A stretch of DNA of 64,000 nt from Acinetobacter phage vB_AbaM_ME3. This document shows, in pieces, positions 40,821 to 50,830 of the stretch; position 1 is the first letter of the stretch, and each line of letters starts with the position of its first letter. A program made the position numbers and the translations under genes. The notes beneath the pieces are model-generated. The model ran no database searches and was not told where the DNA came from. It worked only from the letters and a program-made list of their open reading frames with translations. Location: the sequence record KU935715.1. One strand, 5' to 3'.

Positions 40821-40858
40821 TCAGTCAGCGAAAGAATGTACATGATTTATATTTATTA

Positions 40859-42649
40859 TTAATATGTAGCTTTAGATGGATCTTCAACATCTTCTTCAGA
40901 GAAAACATGAGGATTAAGTTTTTTATAATCGTCCAATCTAAATAACAGATGAGCTGCATTATCATAATACAGATCTGCTGATGGTCCAGTTAAACCAGTT
41001 TGTCGATTTTTAGAAATCATTACCTTAATAACATTAGTATTAGGATTACTTTTATCTAAATACTTATTACGATTAAGTAGCATTGTGAAGAACGAAGATT
41101 TAATAATAGTAGAGGAACCCATAATTTCAGATTCCATATACATTTTATTTTGGTCCACACGACCATCTTGTTTACGAATATGATTAATACATACAAAAAT
41201 AATTTCATAGCGTTTAATCATAATCTTTAACCACGCTAAAAACTCTTCTTGATCTTCATTACTTAAACCAGCAAATAAATCTTGAAGTGGGTCAATAACA
41301 ATAACTTTACAATCACAAGCAATAATTAATTGCTCAATAAGTTCTTTAATACGATTAATATTTCCATCAAGTTCTTCCATGAAGTAGAAACGGACATCTC
41401 CTTCTTCAGTAAAGAATAGATCTCTATTGTGTTCTACAGTTTCTTCAAGGAGAGCTTGTCGGCCTAAGGAATCTAAAAGAGCTAGCTTACGATTAAGATG
41501 ACGAGAAGCTAAAAGTTTAGAAAATTCCTTACGGGTTGATTCTAATGCAAGAATACCTACTTTATAAGGTTCTTTCATAATCCAATGATAAATCATTTCA
41601 TTAAGAATAGTTGATTTACCAATACCTGATGGAGCGACAATATTAAAGATACTTGGAAAATCTAATCCACCCATTAATAAATCATCTTGAACATGACTTA
41701 AGAATGGAGGGAAAGTTAATCTTGGTTTTTCTTCAAAATCATAAAGATCATTAAATAAAGCGTCTGAACCTACAATACCAGAAGGACTATAAATCTGAGA
41801 TCTAAAATAAGCATTAACAAGTTCTTTTTCTTTTTTATCTTGAAGCATTACATTAGGATCTTTGAATCCATTAGGTAATGTCATGATATGAACTTTTCCT
41901 TTAGGTAAGTATTTTACTAATTGATGTAAATGCTTTAAACCAGCCTCATCCTGATCAGGGCAAACAGTAATACGATCAAATGTGTCAAACCAAGCATATT
42001 GCTTTTGAATCTGTTTATAACCACCTTCACCAATAGTAGTACATACTACTGGTATTTCACCATACCCTTTTCGTTCTGATTCTTTAGATACCACTTGATA
42101 CAAAGTCATTGTATCAATTTCACCACAAGCAATAATACATCTTCTAGCTTTAGTATTATAAAATGCAACTTGACCAAACAAATCACATTCCATACCAACT
42201 TCACCTTTCTTGTAGAAGTTCTTTTCTAAATCTCTCCAACGTACACCAGATAACTCATTATTTTTAGTTACAGGATAATATTGAAATTTAGGTTTACCTG
42301 TGCTTGGATCGATTTCATGCATCACTCCATATTTTTCACAAGTTTCCTTATGTAGTCCTCGATAACCTCTAGGATCTGTAGTTGTATTGTCAGTTAGGTT
42401 AGACCAGTACTCAGGACTGAATTCTAGACCCATATCTATATCCTCTATGTAATACTCTTTATTTATTTTCTTTTTATAAGTCTCAGATAGAGTTAAAATG
42501 CCATGTCCTGACCAACAGTAAACACCACCATCTTCATAATGAATAGCATTATTCTTAGACCTGTCTCTACCTTCAGCAGCACATTTAGGACATTGACCTT
42601 TTTTAATAACTCTAGATGATTTTAATTCTTCTTCTAATTTTTTAGACAT
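40859..42649 (-). CDS. bifunctional primase-helicase (T7 gp4-like)
   Basis: N-terminal zinc ribbon CPKCAAEGR...YCWSGH; a central TOPRIM-like region; C-terminal DnaB-family helicase with Walker A APSGIGKST and Walker B IVIDPLQDL. Confidence 0.8.
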   Translation of the reverse strand: MSKKLEEELKSSRVIKKGQCPKCAAEGRDRSKNNAIHYEDGGVYCWSGHGILTLSETYKKKINKEYYIEDIDMGLEFSPEYWSNLTDNTTTDPRGYRGLHKETCEKYGVMHEIDPSTGKPKFQYYPVTKNNELSGVRWRDLEKNFYKKGEVGMECDLFGQVAFYNTKARRCIIACGEIDTMTLYQVVSKESERKGYGEIPVVCTTIGEGGYKQIQKQYAWFDTFDRITVCPDQDEAGLKHLHQLVKYLPKGKVHIMTLPNGFKDPNVMLQDKKEKELVNAYFRSQIYSPSGIVGSDALFNDLYDFEEKPRLTFPPFLSHVQDDLLMGGLDFPSIFNIVAPSGIGKSTILNEMIYHWIMKEPYKVGILALESTRKEFSKLLASRHLNRKLALLDSLGRQALLEETVEHNRDLFFTEEGDVRFYFMEELDGNINRIKELIEQLIIACDCKVIVIDPLQDLFAGLSNEDQEEFLAWLKIMIKRYEIIFVCINHIRKQDGRVDQNKMYMESEIMGSSTIIKSSFFTMLLNRNKYLDKSNPNTNVIKVMISKNRQTGLTGPSADLYYDNAAHLLFRLDDYKKLNPHVFSEEDVEDPSKATY

Positions 42650-43218
42650 TATTCATTTCTTTTATTAATATCTTAATAGCTTCTTCTCTAATAGCTAAAG
42701 CTTTCTTTGGCATTACAAGATTGCGAGATGTATAAAACTCTTCTATTCTTTTCTCTTTAATTAATTTAATTACATACTTAGTACATAAAGCATCTTCAAA
42801 AGACATACCAAATCTTTTTGCATAGGTTGCTGCATAGTTGCAGTTCTTACAAATAAGCTGAAGATCATCTGCTGTAACAAATACAACTCTTTTAAAGAAT
42901 GATTCAATATCTGCTACAGTTTTTAAACTATAATCTCCACCATGTTTATGATCGACTTGCATATCACCAATGACATAATCTTGATGACATAGAGCACAAG
43001 TAGCACCCCATACAGTTTTCTTGCCTTTCTTTTTAGGATTAGGTATTTGACGTCTTTTACTTGCAATTAATTTTAACTTAACAGGGTGACGCATCCATAC
43101 AGCACCTCTAATCCCGACCACGTATCCATGAAAAGAATTCTGCTTCAGTTTTCCATACATCTCTATTTTGATCTAAGATTTCAAGAAGCTTTGCTTCATA
43201 ATCTACATCATCAGACAT
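42642..43218 (-). CDS. endonuclease VII-like HNH protein (T4 gp49-type resolvase/HNH), N-terminal part in another frame
   Basis: CALCHQ...DHKHGG...LICKNCN matches the endonuclease VII zinc/HNH core. An upstream ATG at about 43218 encodes MSDDVDYEAKLLEILDQNRDVWKTEAEFFSWIRG, which joins the annotated ORF if one C (about 43116) is removed. Confidence 0.55.
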
Positions 43219-43900
43219 TAGTACATCCTATTACTACCTTATTAATTCTTCTAGTAACCATCATTCCAGAAGGGACAGATAAAGTATAAATCTTATCTTC
43301 ATATGTAGATTTTATAATATCATTAGAATCAAATGGAGCTGTATTAGTTTCTAAATAATAAGCACTAGTCTCATTGTCATTAATGATAACTGAATATCCT
43401 TTTAATACACCTTCAGCTTGGATAGCATCTAATTCATCTTTAGTATAAGTTCTATCAAAATATAGTTCAGGGATATTTTGGATATCCCTTTTCCCTGTGG
43501 TGTATAAATAATTATTATGATCAAGATTAATATTATGAATATAATCTACTTTATGAGTAGAGCCTTCATCAGTATATTCAAGATAAGGTATTTGAGAATC
43601 AGGTGTAACTGTAAGTAAAGATAGCCCTAAAGAACTAGTAATAGTAATTAAGATACCTGAATAATCAACACAACTATAGTTAGAACCTTTTTCAAAACTA
43701 ATACTAAAGTCAGAATTAAATTGAGCTATAAGATCATTATCAAGATTTACATCTTTTAAACGTTTCCACCCATTATTTGTAAGAACTGAAGTGTATTTAT
43801 CAAAATAATTTTTATAATTCAAAATCCAATACTCCAGAAGGAACATCATCAATCGCTCTAATTTTTTGATAATTAGTATTATCACCTTCCTGATTAGCAT
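43211..43900 (-). CDS. free-standing Hint (intein-like) domain protein, homologous to the DNA polymerase intein
   Basis: YTSVLTNNGWKRLKDV...DLIAQFNSDFS resembles the polymerase intein DTEILTKDGWVDHSSI...SLVANWNSETK. C-terminal ...IYTLSVPSGMMVTRRINKVVIGCTNV* resembles ...VWCVTVPSSYIIIRRHSCVSVTGN. Overlaps the nrdF 3' end by about 89 nt in the +1 frame. No N-extein, and only one residue after the terminal Asn. Confidence 0.5.
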   Translation of the reverse strand: MLIRKVIILIIKKLERLMMFLLEYWILNYKNYFDKYTSVLTNNGWKRLKDVNLDNDLIAQFNSDFSISFEKGSNYSCVDYSGILITITSSLGLSLLTVTPDSQIPYLEYTDEGSTHKVDYIHNINLDHNNYLYTTGKRDIQNIPELYFDRTYTKDELDAIQAEGVLKGYSVIINDNETSAYYLETNTAPFDSNDIIKSTYEDKIYTLSVPSGMMVTRRINKVVIGCTNV

Positions 43901-44918
43901 TTTGGAAAGAATCTATATCCAACCAGTCTTTCATATAAGGAAGAGGATTTACAGGAACATTATTTTCATTAGTAATCCCTACAGGCAATCCTGCAAAGTA
44001 AGCATTATAGTATGTCCAATCATCAAGTAATTCTCTTGTTAAACCTACAGCTTTTCTTCCTTCAGAAAAGATATATTTATTCCAAGCTAACTCGGAAGCT
44101 GTTACATCTTTATGGAGATCAACTAGATCATTCCAACACTCTCTAACAGCAATTTTTCCTCGTGGATCTTTTTCAATAATATTCTTAAGAACATAAGCAA
44201 GCACTGCCGCATGACAAGTAAGTTCATCAGTCGCAATTTTTTGAATTAATTTACAAATTCCTACAAAATACCCTTGTTCAGCTGTAACAAAAGTAGTAGC
44301 AAAAGAAGACATAAATTGTAAACGTTCTGCTAAGAACATTGCATAGATTGCTTTAAAGACTCTATTAAAGAGATTTTGATCGTTAGAAATACGGCCTGAA
44401 ATATAATCAGCCCCAGCTATTTGAAGATCTTCTAAAACTTGAGAAACCTTAACAAATCTATTAGAAATATGTTCATTTTTACTAATATTTTCAATAATTA
44501 AATGAGTCTCTTTAGGAAGACAAAGTCTAATAATTTCTGAATACGTTAAAGCATGAAGACCTTCAATTTCTTGATTTTTAGCTTGCGCTAACCAGAATTC
44601 ACTATTCGTAATAAAAGGTGCTAACAAAGTTGCAAAAGACCTAGAAGCAATACTATCAAATTCCCATTGATAACTAAGATTTTTAATCATTAAGTCTTTA
44701 ATATATTTTGGAGCATTAACTTCCATGTCAATTTTACTTTCAATTAGGCTTACTTCGTTTTCTTCCCAATCAATTTCTTTTTGTCTTTTATATAAATCAA
44801 ATAATGTGGGATGAGCCACATTAATACTATCATGTAATCCTAAACGTTCGCCTAAGATTAAAGGATAGTGACCATTTTCCCATCCTGAATTATTTAAATT
44901 AATTAATGTTTCAGACAT
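43812..44918 (-). CDS. nrdF: ribonucleotide reductase small subunit (class Ib NrdF-like, R2)
   Basis: Ferritin-like di-iron ligands (EGLHALTYSEI, ...ELTCHAAVLAY...); C-terminal NPLPYMKDWL...VLDFEL tail. Confidence 0.8.
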   Translation of the reverse strand: MSETLINLNNSGWENGHYPLILGERLGLHDSINVAHPTLFDLYKRQKEIDWEENEVSLIESKIDMEVNAPKYIKDLMIKNLSYQWEFDSIASRSFATLLAPFITNSEFWLAQAKNQEIEGLHALTYSEIIRLCLPKETHLIIENISKNEHISNRFVKVSQVLEDLQIAGADYISGRISNDQNLFNRVFKAIYAMFLAERLQFMSSFATTFVTAEQGYFVGICKLIQKIATDELTCHAAVLAYVLKNIIEKDPRGKIAVRECWNDLVDLHKDVTASELAWNKYIFSEGRKAVGLTRELLDDWTYYNAYFAGLPVGITNENNVPVNPLPYMKDWLDIDSFQNANQEGDNTNYQKIRAIDDVPSGVLDFEL

Positions 44919-44936
44919 TATTTATTATTCTCATTC

Positions 44937-47224
44937 TTATAGAGAGCATCCACCACTACCACACGAAGCAGCTTTAGATCCTTCATCTTCACTATTTGTT
45001 TTACTGTTTGTATAATATTGAGTTTTTAAACCCATTTTAATTTTATATAAAAAATCTGAATATAATTTTTTCTTAGTTAATTCACTATTAGATCTTGTAA
45101 AATCATGATAGAAATCTGCTGAAATAGACTGATCATTAAATTTTTGAAAAATTGCATAATGGTCTACTAAATGTTTAGTTTCAACTTCCCATGCAATTTC
45201 ATAATTCCATTGTAGTTCTTCAAAATGAGGAGCAATAGATACATTAACATTAGCGCCATCAGTTTTAACAATCTTACCTCTACGAATAGGATATAGTCCA
45301 TTAACACTGTTTAATACTTGGGAACTTGATTCACAAGGCATGTGAGCTACTAAAGAAGAATGAGCTAAGCCACCATTTTCAATAATTTCTTGACTTAAAG
45401 CTTTATAATCATATCTATATTCAAAATCAGCAATACCATCGACAGCATGACAATAAGTATCTAAAGGAGTCCAACCTTCAGGTAATTTAGATTTAAACAT
45501 CCAAGGAGCTACACCACGTTCTTTAGAAATCTTTAAAGAAGCTTTGGCTAGCATATACCAATGACGCTCAGCTATAAAATGAGCATGTTGTTTACCAGCT
45601 TTAGAACTATAATATAAGCCCTTACGTGCTAACTCATATGCAAAGTTAGTTAAACCTACACCAGCATTCATCCTTTGAGCAGCAGTATATTTAACATTAG
45701 GAAATTCATAAGAAGAATTTAAAATAACGTAATCAATAACACGTAATAGATAATAACAAATATCTAAATATTCTTCATCTGTAAAATCACGATGTAAATT
45801 AACACCAGCAATATTACATAAAGCAATCTCATTTTTCGATTCAATCTTCTTAACTACTTTACCATTGACAGTATCACCTGCTTTAACATTAGCTAAAGAC
45901 CAACGAGCAGATTCAATATCAACTATCACTTCTTCAGATTTATCTTCATAAGTGATATAAGCCCATTCAGAAGAAAATTCTTCATAGAGTTCTCTAACAG
46001 AATGGAATGGTTTAGTAGGAAGAGTTATTTCAAGACACAAATTACTTGAATAGATTGGATCTTTATGTGGAGTATGATAATTAATCTGATAACTATCCCC
46101 ACTATATAATCTACCTGTTTCATACTGTTCAGAGAGACAGACATCAGCTAAATCACGAGCTCTAATAAAGGTCTTTTTAACACTATCATCTAGTTCATAC
46201 TTTTCATACAACTCTACATAGTCTTCATAACGATTAGAGTAGAATGCTTCATATAGATCAGGAGCATCTTTAAGACTGATTAACATCCATTGTTCGTCAT
46301 TGATTACTTTAATACCAAAGTAACGATTGTACATAAATGCATAATCGATTTCATCAACTTTTAATTCAGCAACAGTAGAAGGATTACGTGCTTTTACAAT
46401 TACTTCAATTTCTGGATCATTAATAGGCACATAAGTAGTTAAAGCACCACCTCGACTACCTTGCTTATTAGATTTAGTAATACCTTGAGCAGCTTTATGA
46501 TACCCTTGCTTACCTTGGTGGATAATAGTTCCACCTTTAACAGAATCTCCTATAGATCTAATAATATAATTATTACCTAAACCAGCAGCTGCAATAGTCA
46601 TCATTTCAGTAATATGATTAGCTGCTGCAATAGATCTAGAAGTATCTTCAATAGAATATAAGCAACAACTTGCACCTGTACGTCTAACTGTTCCAATGTA
46701 AGACCAGTTAGGACTAGGTAAATTCATATCCAGATTATCTAAATATTTTAAAAAATTATTAATATGGTACATTCTGTTTTCATCTTTCTCGAAGACTGCT
46801 AATGCAATACGAGCAAACATGAATCGAGGAGTTTCATAAGTTTGTTTTGAAACTCGATCTCTAACAAAATATTTAGATTCCATCTGATTGATTTGAGTAT
46901 AAGACAAATCAAAATCTTTATGATGTGTTAACCATCCATCTATAATATCTAATTCTTCCTCAGTGTAATCAAATTTAAGGTAATACCCTTTCTCATACAT
47001 ATAACGAAGATGATCTTTTAATGGTGGAGGTACATCTAACCCTGTATAAGCAAAAACACGCTTATATAAATCAGCAGTATAAAGTTTACCAGCTACTTGT
47101 AAATGAGCAGTTGTAGCTTGATCAAGACAAGCACTAATAAGAGCATTGATAATATCTTGTACAGTACAACCATCATGTAACTTTTTTAAGCCGTTAAGCG
47201 CAATCTCACTCCATGATACACCAT
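44937..47224 (-). CDS. nrdE: ribonucleotide reductase large subunit (class Ib NrdE-like), 5' end frameshifted
   Basis: NLCLEITLP active-site motif; C-terminal ...CGSGGCSL. The frame stays open for 69 codons upstream of the annotated Met without any start codon. An RBS (GGAG) plus ATG at about 47224 lies in the +1 frame. Confidence 0.8.
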
Positions 47225-47315
47225 GAACTGCTCCGCCAATTGGCTAATTTGTTTAATTTATCTGCTTGGAACTTAACTCTTCGTCCATTACGTTTAATTA
47301 CAGTATTAATCAAAA

Positions 47316-47798
47316 TTAACTCTTATTTTTACTTTCTTTAATCTTTTTATATATGTTACGTCTATACTCTCTATCTTTATCTAATTTTTCTTGTTTTTTT
47401 AAGTTCTTAGATTCTAGACCAGTATATTCAAATGGTGGGTAATCAACAGAATCAATTAATTCTTTTAACTCTTCTGGAGACTTAACCATTTTATTATGTT
47501 TAATCCTAACTAATTTAATACCATGCTTAGTTAAATACTCTAATTTCTGTTGATCGTAATCTCTCCCTTTTTTATAGTCTTCAAACTCTTTATGGAAGAA
47601 AGGAACAAATTGATCATGTTGAATTCCATCGTACTCAACCGCAATACCTAGACTAGGGATAAATAAATCAAGTCTTTGATTAAGATCATGGAGAGGGAAC
47701 TCATAAATAATTTCTAGCTTAGGATAAATCTCTCTAAGCATATCAAAGATAGTTCTTTGATCTTTACTTCCTCTACCATCTACTTCATTTGAAGCCAT
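47316..47798 (-). CDS. free-standing homing-endonuclease-like protein (Vsr/EDxHD-type PD-(D/E)xK fold)
   Basis: LDLFIPSLGIAVEYDGIQHDQ resembles the Vsr-like nuclease core (PDF...IAIExDG..WH), also seen in the recA intron ORF. Located immediately upstream of nrdE, as free-standing HEGs are in T4-like nrd regions. Confidence 0.45.
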   Translation of the reverse strand: MASNEVDGRGSKDQRTIFDMLREIYPKLEIIYEFPLHDLNQRLDLFIPSLGIAVEYDGIQHDQFVPFFHKEFEDYKKGRDYDQQKLEYLTKHGIKLVRIKHNKMVKSPEELKELIDSVDYPPFEYTGLESKNLKKQEKLDKDREYRRNIYKKIKESKNKS

Positions 47799-47800
47799 AT

Positions 47801-48139
47801 TTAAAAACCTCTAGTATCAACAACTGCTCCGCCTAAATCATGGCCAGTAATTTTCTCTGAGATATGTTCTCCAGAATAATTATAATTTCTAGAAATCCAA
47901 TCAATATAATAATAAAATTCAATATCTGATTCGACTTTTTTGAAATTATCTAAATGGAAACCAAGTTTAGAAGATCTATCTATAATTTCATTTAAATGAA
48001 CAGTACGATAGTAGTCATCACAATAATAAACAAATGTACGGGAGTCATCTTTAAATATAATTAAAACTCTTTGTACACCATTACTACCACTGACATAAAT
48101 AGGGTCTGTACCTTCTAAATAAGTATATTCTACTTTCAT
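47801..48139 (-). CDS. hypothetical protein (112 aa)
   Basis: Intact ORF; no motif. Confidence 0.3.
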   Translation of the reverse strand: MKVEYTYLEGTDPIYVSGSNGVQRVLIIFKDDSRTFVYYCDDYYRTVHLNEIIDRSSKLGFHLDNFKKVESDIEFYYYIDWISRNYNYSGEHISEKITGHDLGGAVVDTRGF

Positions 48140-49029
48140 TTAATATTTACCAATTCAATATATTTATTCTTTTTAGTATTTTTAACATTTGGAACTACAA
48201 CTCCAAACATTTGATGTATAGTGCATGGAGATATAGGGCAACTAGGACAGTTTGTTAAATTAGCATGAGAGAAATCAATATAGAATGACTCTATAAAATC
48301 TGTAGCATATCTTCTTACAGAAGTACTCAGATTTATACTATTTAAAATAATAGAAGGTTTTTCTAAAGATATTTGAATAACGGAGAGGGAAGATGCGTTA
48401 GGATAAGCTGCAATAGTATTTAATACATTAAGATTAGAATAAATACTTTGATGTGAGGTGATTGGAATGATAAGAATATTATGGAGGGAGAAATCAGTTT
48501 TAACAATTTGAACAGGAATTTCCCAATAATAATTATTATTAACAGGAGTTATATTTATAAACTTTGTCTTACCAACACCTCGTAAAAGTGTTTTAACTTC
48601 TAAGACTTCTTCACTTCTAACAATACTTAATAAGGATTCATATACTTTCACAAGTGAAGTCCAATAGTGAGCAATTTGAATAGAAGTGATAGCTTGAGCT
48701 TTTTTCCTAGAAAACCCAGTAATAACATTATAAAAATAATTCTCATAAGATAAAATATTTTTATTCAATTCTAAAGAATTTAACAAAATGCTATTACATA
48801 TATAAGCAGCAAAGCTATTTATATTTTTATCATAAATATTAGAAATACGATGGAAAGAATGAAGAGATGTCTTAAATTTTACATATCTCTCATTCGTAGG
48901 TATCTTATTAGTATTAGGGCAATAATTTGATAACACAATATCATCTATATGATACATGTTAGAATATTTAATCATATGAATTACAAGCACCATTGTTAAA
49001 AGCACAATAGCGACATTGGTAATCTCCAA
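48136..49029 (-). CDS. hypothetical protein (297 aa)
   Basis: Intact ORF; no motif. Confidence 0.3.
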   Translation of the reverse strand: MEITNVAIVLLTMVLVIHMIKYSNMYHIDDIVLSNYCPNTNKIPTNERYVKFKTSLHSFHRISNIYDKNINSFAAYICNSILLNSLELNKNILSYENYFYNVITGFSRKKAQAITSIQIAHYWTSLVKVYESLLSIVRSEEVLEVKTLLRGVGKTKFINITPVNNNYYWEIPVQIVKTDFSLHNILIIPITSHQSIYSNLNVLNTIAAYPNASSLSVIQISLEKPSIILNSINLSTSVRRYATDFIESFYIDFSHANLTNCPSCPISPCTIHQMFGVVVPNVKNTKKNKYIELVNIK

Positions 49030-49873
49030 TAGGATTATTTACAGGGTCCTTAACCCACTTATCATAAGCATATTTAGGAATCTCACCTAATCGATACTTT
49101 GCTTCAATTTCTTCTACTGTGTATTCTTGAATGTATTCTTTCATAGGAATTGTGTTAGACATTAAAGCATCAATTAACTTTAACTCCGCTTTATCAATTC
49201 CATCAGAAGACACACTCATTTCAGTATAAGAATGATATTCTCCATTCCAATTAGTTTCAATCAACGGATATAAATTGCCATTAACTTCTGTAAATGTAAT
49301 GCGAAACTGCTTATACTTATACCAATCACCACAAGATCTATCTATATAACATAAATTAATAGCTTTCACTTCATCTTTATATACCATTAAGTATCTGAAC
49401 GCTTGAAGCAAATGAGAGATCTTTGGAGATGGTCTTTTTGTACGATTACCTAGTATAGCTTGAGCAGTAGTATAATTACTTCCATCATAGGTTTTTACTT
49501 CAATTAATTCTAATTCTCCAGTAGAGGGATTAGTAATACTAACATCTACTAATCCCTTCATATACCTAGAAGGATCAGAAGCAATGAATTGACTATCTTC
49601 ATAAATACCTACTTGCTGTAATTGATTGATAAACCAATCTTCCCACCAATTACCACTAAAGGCTGCCATTCTAGCTTTTAAACTTATTGTAGAAGATTTG
49701 GGATGATTAGTTTTATCTAACCATACTTGTCTTAAGCAAGAACCTACTTGTTTATCTGTTGAAAGATCATAACAAACTTGTCCAGATGGATTAATAGCTA
49801 ATAAGTTAGGACGCTTAAGCTTGGATGGTTTTTCTAGATTTTCTCTAATTTTTCCAAAAATATCTAAATACAT
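48968..49873 (-). CDS. Cas4/RecB-family PD-(D/E)xK exonuclease with Cys cluster
   Basis: GLVDVSITNPSTGELELIEVKTY (D...ExK); LQAFRYLMVY (QhxxY); N-terminal Cys plus C-terminal CRYCAFNNGAC (Fe-S-type cluster). Confidence 0.55.
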   Translation of the reverse strand: MYLDIFGKIRENLEKPSKLKRPNLLAINPSGQVCYDLSTDKQVGSCLRQVWLDKTNHPKSSTISLKARMAAFSGNWWEDWFINQLQQVGIYEDSQFIASDPSRYMKGLVDVSITNPSTGELELIEVKTYDGSNYTTAQAILGNRTKRPSPKISHLLQAFRYLMVYKDEVKAINLCYIDRSCGDWYKYKQFRITFTEVNGNLYPLIETNWNGEYHSYTEMSVSSDGIDKAELKLIDALMSNTIPMKEYIQEYTVEEIEAKYRLGEIPKYAYDKWVKDPVNNPIGDYQCRYCAFNNGACNSYD

Positions 49874-49885
49874 TTATTCTTCTTT

Positions 49886-50356
49886 TTAAATCATTACTAA
49901 ATAATATTGAGAATCAGCTTTATGATTTTTATTCCAATCCCCAATATAAAACATATTTTCTTTGTAATCCTTAAAAGCTTCAGGTAATTCAGGAAGGTCA
50001 TTAGGGCTTTTAACTTTAATAATAATCAAACTATCTTCATCTATAGAATAATCAAGATAAGTAGAAAGATTATATTGAGTAGTTAAGTCTACATACAGAA
50101 CATCAACAGGATGATTAAGACAACCATCTTCAAAGTTCTGTTTTAAACCAAAGCCCATATTTGTTACTGAATAACCAGCAGTATAAGGAATACTATCATA
50201 GTCGCTACCAATAAGTAGCACATTACAAACTCGATATTTATTATTAAAGTTATGGAAAAATTTATCATCCTTATCATTAATAATTAACATTCTATTTGTT
50301 TTTCTTAGATAATTAAACGCTACTTCACGAGTAGCATCTAAATGTACATCAGACAT
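49886..50356 (-). CDS. hypothetical protein (156 aa)
   Basis: Intact ORF. Confidence 0.3.
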   Translation of the reverse strand: MSDVHLDATREVAFNYLRKTNRMLIINDKDDKFFHNFNNKYRVCNVLLIGSDYDSIPYTAGYSVTNMGFGLKQNFEDGCLNHPVDVLYVDLTTQYNLSTYLDYSIDEDSLIIIKVKSPNDLPELPEAFKDYKENMFYIGDWNKNHKADSQYYLVMI

Positions 50357-50358
50357 TA

Positions 50359-50820
50359 TTATATTTTCGCTAAAATAATATTTTTTAAAGTTATTTTAGA
50401 CATATCAACAGACAACAACTTCTCAGATGTAGTTACATAATTATTATTTTCTATTTCAATATCTGAAATAATCTGTTGTAATTTAAATGTGTGTGCATAA
50501 GAAACATCTTGAAATATAACTTTATTACATTCAAGTCCACTTACAATACTCTGACTAAAACTTATAGAACTATCTATTAAAGATAAAATAGATAATCTAC
50601 ATACATTAGGATACTGATATACTTTAATGTAAACATTATTTTGGAATATCTTAATACCTACAAAACCAATTATAATATTATTAGTAGTTACAATTCCACA
50701 ATAATCCATAACATCAGGATCAAAACCTTTGAAGATCTTTAACCCTGTAAGAATTGTATCTTTGTATGTTCCAGTAAGAGAGGTGTAGTCAGTGAAGTAA
50801 TCAATATTAATATCTGACAT
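50359..50820 (-). CDS. hypothetical protein (153 aa)
   Basis: Intact ORF. Confidence 0.3.
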   Translation of the reverse strand: MSDINIDYFTDYTSLTGTYKDTILTGLKIFKGFDPDVMDYCGIVTTNNIIIGFVGIKIFQNNVYIKVYQYPNVCRLSILSLIDSSISFSQSIVSGLECNKVIFQDVSYAHTFKLQQIISDIEIENNNYVTTSEKLLSVDMSKITLKNIILAKI

Positions 50821-50830
50821 AAGAAAACTC

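Noticed and set aside
44937-47798. Possible group I intron in nrdE with ORF 47316..47798 as its homing endonuclease and a distant 5' exon
   Set aside because: Re-reading the frame showed that the NrdE N-terminal coding sequence is contiguous with the gene (open for 69 codons upstream of the annotated Met), with an RBS plus ATG just 60 nt upstream in another frame. The endonuclease ORF is immediately followed by another intact gene, leaving no room for a 5' intron half. The explanation is a local frameshift plus a free-standing endonuclease.
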